DNA from: Minisyncoccia bacterium
GTDB taxonomy: Bacteria > Patescibacteriota > Minisyncoccia > Phycocordibacterales > UBA918
Assembly: GCA_041738755.1 (NCBI GenBank)
Contig: JBGSPE010000005.1
Span: 207,872 to 271,871 of the forward strand
Direction of reading: 5' to 3'
DNA: 64,000 nt
Shown: piece by piece, positions 18,546 through 27,057 of the stretch
Numbering within the stretch: position 1 is the first letter of the stretch
How the letters are laid out: every line of letters begins with the position of its first letter
Program-made: the position numbers and the translations under genes
The notes under the pieces: generated by a model
Databases searched by the model: none
Told to the model about the DNA's origin: nothing
The model's input: the letters and a program-made list of their open reading frames with translations, nothing else

Positions 18546-19412
18546 ATGCAATTCGGGCTGATCGGCGGGGAGGATATAGAAAAGTACAGTATTGCCGACA
18601 GAATCTGGTCTATTATCTTATCTCAACATGATACCATTTCATATTTTTCATACTACCCAACTGTCAAAAAGAGTGACGTCTGTAGATTGCTTGAAAAAGT
18701 GCGCAGCTCTGAGATTGAGGGATTTAACGTTGCTCTTCCATGGAAGTCAGCAGTTGCAGAATATTGTGATTTCAAGTCCCCGGTAGTTGAAATGACTGGT
18801 TTTGCAAATGTTGTTTACTCGGAAAGTGGTAAATTGATTGCCGATAATACTGATGGGGTGGGATTTATTGCAGGACTAAAGAAAATTCCTAAAAGCGCTT
18901 TAATTTATGGAGCTGGCGGAGCAGGAGTTGTACTTGCCTATGAACTTTCAAATCTCGGCTCAAGTGTCACAATTGTTGACGTAGATAATGAAAAAATAAT
19001 CTACTTCAATGAAAAGTGTGCAAACTGGCAAAATGCTGATCTTGTTATCGCAAGAGACTCAGATTCAATTGAATTGACTTCGTTTGAAATGGTAGTTAAT
19101 GCAACCCCGTTAGGTAAGAAAAACCATGTATCTAGTGAAAGCTCGGTATCGTATAATAATCAGTCACCGATTCCTTCAGGTCATATAAGTGCTTTTAAGA
19201 AAGGGACTTTATTTGCCGAAATGAATTACTACCCTTTAAAAACTAAATTCATTGATGATGCAGAATCTCATGGAATGGAAATTCAGTTTGGAATAGTAAT
19301 GCTATTTCATCAAGCTGCTAAAACTTACGAGTTATATTCAGGTAAAAAGACTGCGGCTCCAATAAATTTTAATAAACTTTATTTAGACATTTTTAGTTTA
19401 AATAAAGACTAA
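18546..19412 (+). CDS. shikimate/quinate dehydrogenase (AroE) family protein
   Basis: GFNVALPWKSAV and NTDGVGF with a Rossmann GAGGAG match the AroE family pattern. Confidence 0.55.
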   Translation: MQFGLIGGEDIEKYSIADRIWSIILSQHDTISYFSYYPTVKKSDVCRLLEKVRSSEIEGFNVALPWKSAVAEYCDFKSPVVEMTGFANVVYSESGKLIADNTDGVGFIAGLKKIPKSALIYGAGGAGVVLAYELSNLGSSVTIVDVDNEKIIYFNEKCANWQNADLVIARDSDSIELTSFEMVVNATPLGKKNHVSSESSVSYNNQSPIPSGHISAFKKGTLFAEMNYYPLKTKFIDDAESHGMEIQFGIVMLFHQAAKTYELYSGKKTAAPINFNKLYLDIFSLNKD

Positions 19413-19572
19413 GTTTGGTATTGAAAGACAAATAAATCAATCAGAGAATCTACAAGATACAGAAAGGGAATACAGACTCAAATATAAAGGTTCTAAAGAT
19501 TGGTTCTTTTGTCCTGAGTCAATCATCAGTGAACAAACCAACGACCTAGAAGGACAGCTTAGTCATATTGAA

Positions 19573-20541
19573 ATGCCTGCATTTGGGGTTAATGTATTCA
19601 CTGACTCAGACAGGCTTTTTGAACAGATTAATCAGTTCAATGGTTTTTATCAGTCCGAACAATCAGTGGTGGATGGTAAAAAACTTTTTTACATCACAGA
19701 CAAATCAAATGTACCACCACTGCCAAACCCATTGGGTGGTGTTGGTTTAGTAGAGATGTCCTCAGAACCGGCAGACGTACTTTGTGACCCCTTATCAGGT
19801 TCTTATGTAATTAATTGTTGGGACAGGTTTACTTCGATGGAAAGCTTAGTGCTCGGTATACGGAGTTTTGATAATTTGCGTAAGGGTAAATTAGGTATGC
19901 ACGCTGCTCTTATAGAGAAAGATGGCCAGGGGTATATATTGATAGGGAAACCAAAGACAGGCAAAACAACGATCTCGATGTCCCTGGCTGCTCAAGGGTT
20001 TAAACTAATCAGTGACGATTGGGTAGAGGTTGAGAAGAGTGACAGAGAATTTATGGCCTCTGGAACTAATCCTTCTGTTTCCTTAGATCAGCAAACGTTA
20101 TCCATGCTTCAGTCTCAGTATGAGCAATATCACGATGTAGAGTCAATGGGTTTTTCATCGTACGGTAAGCAAATCATGCCAATAAGTAATATAAATAATG
20201 TTTGGAGCCCAAAACAACAAATACCTGTTCGGAAAGTCTTTATTTTAGATAATAACAGTACTGACTCAGAGCCGGTAAATAGTGAGTATTTTTCAGACTT
20301 ACTAAAAATCACTGATCCTCATACTCCGTTTATGAATACTCCAGAAGGTTCAGGTGTGCGGACAGTAAGTGGTATTTCAGATGAGATCAGGTATGGAATA
20401 CAACATATTACTGATTCACAAAACCAAAGACAATACTTGGCTGAAGAATTTGTAAAAAGTGGTTCACATAGTGTTCAAAAATTTAGAAATAAGGACTACA
20501 CGCTAGAAGAAGCTATAGCACATATAAGAAATCAAATATGA
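19573..20541 (+). CDS. HprK C-terminal-like P-loop kinase domain protein
   Basis: GMHAALIEKDGQGYILIGKPKTGKTTISMSLAAQGFKLISDDWVEV aligns with HPr kinase ([23 protein letters not shown]...LVADDRVEI). The in-frame upstream extension has no start codon. Confidence 0.55.
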   Translation: MPAFGVNVFTDSDRLFEQINQFNGFYQSEQSVVDGKKLFYITDKSNVPPLPNPLGGVGLVEMSSEPADVLCDPLSGSYVINCWDRFTSMESLVLGIRSFDNLRKGKLGMHAALIEKDGQGYILIGKPKTGKTTISMSLAAQGFKLISDDWVEVEKSDREFMASGTNPSVSLDQQTLSMLQSQYEQYHDVESMGFSSYGKQIMPISNINNVWSPKQQIPVRKVFILDNNSTDSEPVNSEYFSDLLKITDPHTPFMNTPEGSGVRTVSGISDEIRYGIQHITDSQNQRQYLAEEFVKSGSHSVQKFRNKDYTLEEAIAHIRNQI

Positions 20542-21461
20542 AAATATTAATTACTGGCTCATCTGGTTTAATTGGTGGATTTATTTATTCGCATTTAAAC
20601 TCCAACCATTCACTTCTCGGTATTGATATTATTAATTCGGAGACTACTGATAAATTAGTTGATATTACAGATAAAGATTGCCTAAAGAATATTCTAGATG
20701 AATTTGAGCCAGATATGGTGATTCATGTTGCTGCTCAGAAAGACTTAATTCAGTGTGAAGAAAACAAGGCTGAAACATGGTGCTCTAATGTTAATCCATT
20801 GAGCATAATAACTGACTATCTCTCACAAAAAACCGGTAAATTAATATATATATCATCAGATATGGTATTTGATGGTACTAAAGGTAATTATACGGAAGAA
20901 GACCCTACGTGCCCAATCAATTGGTATGGTGCAACTAAGGTAGCTGGTGAACTTATACCGGTTATACGAATGGCGGAGAACTCGATTTCAATACTACGAA
21001 CAGCGCAAGTCTTCGGTCCGGTTACTGAAGCTTTAATTCACTATGTAAACGTAAAAATTGACTGCGATACAATGACTAATCAAAGTGCTTTGCCCTTATT
21101 TATTAAAATGAGACTTTCGAGGGGTTTGCCGGTAGTATTGCCGAATAATGTCACTTCATCGCCTACACCTGTAACGTTGATTGCTGATGTTGTGAATAAA
21201 ATAATTGAAAATGGAGTAGGCACAGGTCTCCTGCATGTTGCTGGGACAGAGTCTTACAGTAGATTTGAGCTTGGTCGACAGATTGCTGAACTATTAGAAC
21301 TCCCGAAAGACCTTATTGTTCACGGTGTAGATGCCACTACACATCTCAGGCCACATGACTTGTCTATGAATGTTAATAAGTTGGAGAAATTATTTAATAT
21401 CAAAAAAACAGAGTACGATATTTTAAAATACATTAAACAACAAATTTATTATGCACAATAA
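20538..21461 (+). CDS. NAD(P)-dependent epimerase/dehydratase or reductase (SDR, RmlD-like)
   Basis: ILITGSSGLIGG and YGATK (YxxxK). Its start overlaps the upstream stop (ATGA). Confidence 0.7.
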   Translation: MKILITGSSGLIGGFIYSHLNSNHSLLGIDIINSETTDKLVDITDKDCLKNILDEFEPDMVIHVAAQKDLIQCEENKAETWCSNVNPLSIITDYLSQKTGKLIYISSDMVFDGTKGNYTEEDPTCPINWYGATKVAGELIPVIRMAENSISILRTAQVFGPVTEALIHYVNVKIDCDTMTNQSALPLFIKMRLSRGLPVVLPNNVTSSPTPVTLIADVVNKIIENGVGTGLLHVAGTESYSRFELGRQIAELLELPKDLIVHGVDATTHLRPHDLSMNVNKLEKLFNIKKTEYDILKYIKQQIYYAQ

Positions 21462-22158
21462 GTATTTTGAACAATTGAACGCACTCTTCTTGTATCTTGA
21501 TGAAGTTTTACCTAAAAAAATTACAGCCACTTTTATCCATGGATCATTTGCATCTCGTACTGAAACCTCAGCAATTTATCAAGAACAGATGTTCTACTTT
21601 GACAATGGAACTTTTTGGTTTTCAGTCTTGCATTTACAAGATATACCTCCTGACGTCGATATAATAACTGTAACAGACTACCCTGAAGAGGTTTTGGATG
21701 TGGTGCAAGAAAGTGCAAAGAAATATCTTGATGAGACATTTTTTCTAACCCTCAACATCATAACTTCAAGCGAATATGAAAGAATTGTATCTTCCAACGA
21801 TGCTTTAGCGCCAAAAAGGTTACTTGTAAAAAAGATGCTAAATGTTCTAAAGGGCGAAGATTACATAAATAAACTGAAATCTACAGCAATTAAAAACTAC
21901 AATGATTTAGACGATACTATTCAAACTGAGTTTGATAAGAAGAAACTACTCCTTAATGAACTGGCTTCAAAAAGTGTAAGTCATCATGTGCTTACTAGAG
22001 AGTACTACACTCAGCATTATCCAAATCTTTTAGATGAAATGGATGGCGTGCGAGTCGGTGGCTTTAACGTTGATCGTGTAAAGTTAGTCTATCCACAGTC
22101 AATGAATCTAAAGTGTAGGGTGGATATTAAAGATTATTCAGTAAAGTATCTAGAATAA
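21451..22158 (+). CDS. putative nucleotidyltransferase-fold protein
   Basis: IHGSFAS ... DVDII resembles the hG[GS]...DhD motif of pol-beta-like NTases, with atypical spacing. Low confidence. Overlaps the upstream gene by 11 nt. Confidence 0.35.
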   Translation: MHNKYFEQLNALFLYLDEVLPKKITATFIHGSFASRTETSAIYQEQMFYFDNGTFWFSVLHLQDIPPDVDIITVTDYPEEVLDVVQESAKKYLDETFFLTLNIITSSEYERIVSSNDALAPKRLLVKKMLNVLKGEDYINKLKSTAIKNYNDLDDTIQTEFDKKKLLLNELASKSVSHHVLTREYYTQHYPNLLDEMDGVRVGGFNVDRVKLVYPQSMNLKCRVDIKDYSVKYLE

Positions 22159-22161
22159 GTT

Positions 22162-23340
22162 ATGCGTATAGCTGTTATTTGTAGACCTGATGTTCCGGTT
22201 CCTCCATACGAAGGGTATGGAGGTCTTCAGCGTAATATATTCGACTTCATAGAAGAATTAGGTAAACGTAATATTGAAGTTGCATTGTTTGCTTCTCTAG
22301 ATTCTAATGTCTCAAAATTAAAAAACGTCACCCTTTACGGCTCACTAAAGTCGGCATTATGGTCAGATCTCGTAGTAAACAAAGATTTTAAGTCAAAAAC
22401 TAAAGAACAAATTGCAATTCAAGCTGAGGCTAATAAAAAGCTGGAGGCCGAGTTTGTCGACTATATTGTTAATGAACTTGCTAATATTAGAGCAGATATT
22501 ATTTTTGTTGCGTACGATAATTTAGATCTACTTTCGAGGTTACAAGGTGGTATGTACAAAAATAAAATTGTTTGGTCGCTGAGAGACAACTTAAACGTAG
22601 AAAAGATCAGCTTTATAAAATCACATCCAGAAATTTTCATGACAGGTATGGCTGATCATATAGAAATTGAACTTCACTCAATTGATAATGTACATACTAT
22701 AATTTGGGGTATTAACCCTAATCTTTATGAATTTTCTCCATACTGTCTGACTAAGACTGATGAAGTACCGAGTCTTCAAATACTTAAGAGTATGCAAGCT
22801 AGGGGTCAAGATTATCTAGTAATGGTTTCAGGTATTGGTCAACACAAGGGTCAATTAACTGCTATAAAAATCGCAAAAGAAAATAACCTGGCATTAATTT
22901 TGGCGGGCACCCCGCAGGATCATCTGACTCTCAAAAAAACGGATTATTTTAAAAACGAGATTGAACCTTTGCTGACAAATGATATTATTCATTTTGGGAA
23001 TGCGAATGAGGTTCAAAAGACTGAATTATTGCGCTATGCAAAAGCTACTTTGGTGCCGTCAGGTTTTGAGTTTAAAGAGTTCAAAGAGCCTTTTGGTAGA
23101 GTAGTGGCTGAGTCCTTTGCTTGTGGGACTCCTGTAATTGCATATAGACACGGCTCACTTCAATTCATTGTGGAGGATAAAAAAGTTGGTTTTTTATTTG
23201 ATACATTCGATGATGCTGTGTATGCAACTCAAAAGATAGATTCAATTAATCGTTGGGAAGTTAGAAAATACTTAGAAAATACACTATCTATTAAGCGGGT
23301 AGTAGATGAGTATATAGTTTTGTTTAATAATATAATTTAA
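22162..23340 (+). CDS. glycosyltransferase family 4 (GT-B)
   Basis: EPFGRVVAESFACGTPVIA, the GT4 E-x7-E region. Confidence 0.7.
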   Translation: MRIAVICRPDVPVPPYEGYGGLQRNIFDFIEELGKRNIEVALFASLDSNVSKLKNVTLYGSLKSALWSDLVVNKDFKSKTKEQIAIQAEANKKLEAEFVDYIVNELANIRADIIFVAYDNLDLLSRLQGGMYKNKIVWSLRDNLNVEKISFIKSHPEIFMTGMADHIEIELHSIDNVHTIIWGINPNLYEFSPYCLTKTDEVPSLQILKSMQARGQDYLVMVSGIGQHKGQLTAIKIAKENNLALILAGTPQDHLTLKKTDYFKNEIEPLLTNDIIHFGNANEVQKTELLRYAKATLVPSGFEFKEFKEPFGRVVAESFACGTPVIAYRHGSLQFIVEDKKVGFLFDTFDDAVYATQKIDSINRWEVRKYLENTLSIKRVVDEYIVLFNNII

Positions 23341-23345
23341 TAGTT

Positions 23346-23954
23346 ATGGATTTAGAAATATTTGAACAAGTTAGAGCTGATTTAAAAGAAATTTTTCCAC
23401 CTGAAACTGATGAGCCGAGATTTCGATACGTTAAACAGACTTGGATATTTCCAAATCATTTTGATATAACTGTCCGCTTCGCAAAACAATTAGCAGAAAA
23501 ATATAACGCTGATGTTCAAGTGTGCATGCTTGCAGCTTTGCTACATGATGCAGGTCTGGCATACAAACGAGATCGAGCAGATTCTATTGGCCATGAGGAA
23601 CGTAGTGTTGAGTATGTATATGAGTTCCTACCAAAATATGGTTATGATGCTGACACAGTAAAAGCTGTCGCTGATTCTGTTATTGCTACTGAACCGAAGG
23701 CCGAAGTCACTACTATTGAAGCAAAGGTCGTACGTACTGCTGATGCTCTGGCACACATACAATCGGTACATTACCTTGCAAAAGCTGTTTTTAGCCCAAC
23801 CTGGGACGACGCCATTGCATTTGTTGAACGTAAAGTACATGCTGATTACGATAAAATATGTTTTGAGGATGAACGACTAAAGATTGCGCCAATTTACAAT
23901 TATTTTGTCTCAATTATTGAACAATACAAAGGAAATAATATAATTAATTTATAA
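23346..23954 (+). CDS. HD-domain phosphohydrolase
   Basis: H...LLHDAG...D; last gene of the tight five-gene operon. Confidence 0.6.
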   Translation: MDLEIFEQVRADLKEIFPPETDEPRFRYVKQTWIFPNHFDITVRFAKQLAEKYNADVQVCMLAALLHDAGLAYKRDRADSIGHEERSVEYVYEFLPKYGYDADTVKAVADSVIATEPKAEVTTIEAKVVRTADALAHIQSVHYLAKAVFSPTWDDAIAFVERKVHADYDKICFEDERLKIAPIYNYFVSIIEQYKGNNIINL

Positions 23955-24000
23955 GAAAAATCCTATTCTGTTTTAACTGTAATTGTAATTTTTATACAGT

Positions 24001-25041
24001 TTGGGTATGAAAACTCTTTCAAAAATTAGAGTAGGAGATACGGTAGCAATGGTCTCACCGTCTTTTGCGGCACCTGGAGTGTGGCCACACATGTATGAAC
24101 TTGGACTGCAGCGACTGAGGATAGTCTTTGAACTTGAGCCAGTATCGTATCCTGCTACAGCAAAAGTTGGTGCGAGTGGAGAAGAGCGAGCGGCCGATTT
24201 AATTGCTGCATTTTCTGACCCTGAGGTAAAGGCTGTTATTGCTTCACTTGGTGGTGATGACCAGGTGACTTATATAAAGTACTTACCATCAGAGCCGTTT
24301 ATCAATAATCCCAAACCATTCTTTGGATTTAGTGATAATTCTCATTTTTGTAACTTTCTTTTTCTTAATAACATTCCGTCCTTTTACGGAGCGTCACTCT
24401 TTACCCAGTTTGCTATGCAAGGAGCGATGGATGACTATACGGTTGAATATATTAAGCACGCATTGTTTGAAACAGGAGAAAAAGAACTTATAGCCTCTTC
24501 GATATATAACGACCAAGGACTCCCCTGGGATAATCTTGAAACTATGAAGGACCAAAGAGAACATTGGGAGAACCCTGGATTTGTGTGGTCACAAGCAGCA
24601 AAAAATGCAGAAGGTAGACTCTGGGGAGGTTGTATCGAATCAGTAGATGAGATGTTAAGGCACGATATTACCATCCCAACTCTTGAGCAATTTGAAAACA
24701 TTGTTCTCATGCTTGAGAGCTCAGAGGAACTACCGGCCGCAGAGTATGTTTTTCGTGTATTGAGAGGATTGGGCGAGCGAGGAATACTTGAACGAATACA
24801 AGGTGTGTTGGTGGGAAGAGCGAAAGCGTGGGAGTTTGATAAACCAAACTCTTTTGAAGAAAAAGAAACTTATCGAGAAAACCAAATCAAGGCTTTCGAA
24901 AAGGCTCTCTCACTATACAACCCAAATATTCCACTTGTACAAAACCTCAACTTTGGTCACACTGACCCACAAATTCCTATGCCATACGGAAACAAAGTCA
25001 GGATTGATTGTGAACATAAACGAATTTTTGCTACTTTCTAA
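24001..25041 (+). CDS. LD-carboxypeptidase (peptidase S66, LdcA/MccF-like)
   Basis: VAMVSPSFA; catalytic GFSDNS; FGHTDP. GC returns to the core level here. Confidence 0.75.
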   Translation: MGMKTLSKIRVGDTVAMVSPSFAAPGVWPHMYELGLQRLRIVFELEPVSYPATAKVGASGEERAADLIAAFSDPEVKAVIASLGGDDQVTYIKYLPSEPFINNPKPFFGFSDNSHFCNFLFLNNIPSFYGASLFTQFAMQGAMDDYTVEYIKHALFETGEKELIASSIYNDQGLPWDNLETMKDQREHWENPGFVWSQAAKNAEGRLWGGCIESVDEMLRHDITIPTLEQFENIVLMLESSEELPAAEYVFRVLRGLGERGILERIQGVLVGRAKAWEFDKPNSFEEKETYRENQIKAFEKALSLYNPNIPLVQNLNFGHTDPQIPMPYGNKVRIDCEHKRIFATF

Positions 25042-25079
25042 AATATGAATTTAAGGTCTTTTTTGCTACTATAGAAGCT

Positions 25080-26027
25080 ATGTCAGATACTAAAAAACGT
25101 TTACTTACCGGACTACAGTCTTCGGGGACACTACACATTGGGAATTACTTTGGGGCTCTGAAGCCATTCCTCGATATCTACGAACAGTATGATAGCTACC
25201 TCATGGTAGCTGATTACCATGCCCTTACCTCAATCCGAGACCCGGAAGTGATGCGAGATAATATCATCAACGTGGTCAAAGACTATTTGGCTGTCGGGGT
25301 TGACCCTGAGAAAGCAATTATCTTCCGTCAGTCTGATAATCAGGACCATATGGAGCTTGGCTGGGTATTTAACTGTCTCGTGACAGTGCCATTTTTGATG
25401 CAGGCTCATTCGTATAAAGATAAGGTCGCCAAAGGACTTGAACCAAACGCCGGACTCTTTACCTACCCAATGCTGCAAGCAGCTGATATTGCTCTCTACA
25501 ACATCGATGTAGTGCCGGTCGGGGAAGATCAACGACAACATATTGAATACGCGAGAGAAGCGGTGGGTAAGTTTAATCGAGCGTTTGGAGAGACGCTGAA
25601 AGAGCCGGAAGAAATTATTCTCGATAGTGTCGGTGTCGTACCTGGAACCGACGGACAAAAGATGAGTAAGAGCTATGGTAATACCATTCCACTGTTTGGT
25701 ACCAAAGAAGAAATTGAGAAAGCTGTTATGAGTATCGTGACCGACTCGTCAGGCGAACGACCAGAACATGTGTACGCTATTCACCGTCTCTTGAAGCCGG
25801 CCGAAGAACTTGACCCAATCTACGAAACCCACAAAGGTCGCTACGGTGACTTGAAGAAACTACTCGCGGCTGATTTAGAAACCTTTATCGCTCCGATGCG
25901 AGAAAAGCGAGCCAGTCTTACCTTTGATGATGTAGCAGCCGTGCTCACCAATGGAAACATGAAAGCGAAAGAAGTCACAAGCCAAACCCTCGACCGAGTC
26001 CGTAAAGCTATTGGAATAAGTTTATAA
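25080..26027 (+). CDS. trpS: tryptophanyl-tRNA synthetase
   Basis: HIGH-type TGLQSSGTLHIGNY and KMSKS. Confidence 0.93.
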   Translation: MSDTKKRLLTGLQSSGTLHIGNYFGALKPFLDIYEQYDSYLMVADYHALTSIRDPEVMRDNIINVVKDYLAVGVDPEKAIIFRQSDNQDHMELGWVFNCLVTVPFLMQAHSYKDKVAKGLEPNAGLFTYPMLQAADIALYNIDVVPVGEDQRQHIEYAREAVGKFNRAFGETLKEPEEIILDSVGVVPGTDGQKMSKSYGNTIPLFGTKEEIEKAVMSIVTDSSGERPEHVYAIHRLLKPAEELDPIYETHKGRYGDLKKLLAADLETFIAPMREKRASLTFDDVAAVLTNGNMKAKEVTSQTLDRVRKAIGISL

Positions 26028-26028
26028 T

Positions 26029-26358
26029 ATGTCATTTGAAGGAACGTTTGTACCACAAGAAGGCAGGGAGCGTCGCATCAGCCGAGATGAAATTGTGCGC
26101 GATCTCGAAATCCTGCTCGAGGTAGATCAAAGCTTTAACCTAACTGGTCACTCAGTAGAGGTATTCAAACACCCAACAGTAGATACTTATGTGGTAGTTC
26201 AGCTTAAGAATAATGATGCGGAACCAGAAGAAGATAATTCTGTGTACAAAGGTTTGTTAACACGAATTGAATTAGGTAACGGAACTTTTGCCACAGAACG
26301 TATGGAAGTAAGCGAGTGGGAGGGACACCCGTGCCTGATTGTGATGTTACCAAACTAG
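26029..26358 (+). CDS. hypothetical protein (possible N-terminal half of a split gene)
   Basis: 109 aa, in the same reading frame as the next ORF and separated from it by a single TAG. Confidence 0.4.
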   Translation: MSFEGTFVPQEGRERRISRDEIVRDLEILLEVDQSFNLTGHSVEVFKHPTVDTYVVVQLKNNDAEPEEDNSVYKGLLTRIELGNGTFATERMEVSEWEGHPCLIVMLPN

Positions 26359-26370
26359 ATACGTAAACTT

Positions 26371-26856
26371 ATGGATACAACATTTTTGAAACAAGAGCTG
26401 ATTCGTGACTTAAGCAGTATTGATGCTGAAGACATACTTTCAGAGTGGGAATGGCTGTTGGAAGAAAAAATGGAGCTAGTTCTTGTATCCAGTATTGGAG
26501 ATATGTTCCTAAAAAATACTAAAGGGGAAATATTTTTACTAGACACACTTGGTGGTGAACTCAAGCGTGTTGCTGACTCCGAAAATGACTTCGCAGAACT
26601 ACTTACACACAAAGAAAAGCAAGAAGAGCTTCTATCAAGGACGTTTGTAGAAACACTAATTGAAAGCGGTAAGACATTGTCTCCAACAGAGATTTATAGT
26701 TTTATGGTCTTGCCAGTTCTAGGAGGCGACTTCACACCTGAAAATATCGAGCCCACTGACATATCAGTCCATTTTTCAATGACAGGCCAAATCCATAAGC
26801 AAGTACACGATCTTCCTGACGGAACTGAAATAGATGGCGTAGTTTTGGAATCTTAA
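26371..26856 (+). CDS. hypothetical protein (possible Tdi1/DUF1851-like immunity domain)
   Basis: IGDMFLKNTKGEIFLLDTLGGELKRVADSENDF resembles the GDxF..G..hhLD motif of DUF1851. This is a recollection, not verified. Confidence 0.35.
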   Translation: MDTTFLKQELIRDLSSIDAEDILSEWEWLLEEKMELVLVSSIGDMFLKNTKGEIFLLDTLGGELKRVADSENDFAELLTHKEKQEELLSRTFVETLIESGKTLSPTEIYSFMVLPVLGGDFTPENIEPTDISVHFSMTGQIHKQVHDLPDGTEIDGVVLES

Positions 26857-26869
26857 TCCTTGACGATAA

Positions 26870-27035
26870 ACATTTTTACCATTATCTTTACAGGAACCAT
26901 TGAAGCAGCTGACAACTGCTGAGGTAACATGAAACGAGGGCCACAAGGCCGAAGTAGGGTGGCACCGCGACTAATCAAACGATTGGAATCGCCCCTACAA
27001 AAGTATTACCAGTAATATTTTTGTAGGGGCGATTT
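26870..27035 (+). promoter_or_regulatory. T-box riboswitch leader (Asp specifier) upstream of aspS
   Basis: The T-box core AGGGTGGCACCGCG sits at 26956-26969. An antiterminator can form from GTAGGG/CCCTAC and GCGA/TCGC, with a UGGC bulge that pairs with a G73 discriminator. The competing 16-bp stem is AATCGCCCCTACAAAA/TTTTGTAGGGGCGATT (26985-27033). The specifier hairpin GCAG-CTGACAA-CTGC carries GAC followed by A. Confidence 0.75.
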
Positions 27036-27057
27036 ACGTTCCTGCACAACACACACT

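Noticed and set aside
19402-19572. In-frame upstream extension of the HprK-like gene
   Set aside because: The frame is open, but it contains no ATG, GTG or TTG before 19573, so I kept the start at 19573.
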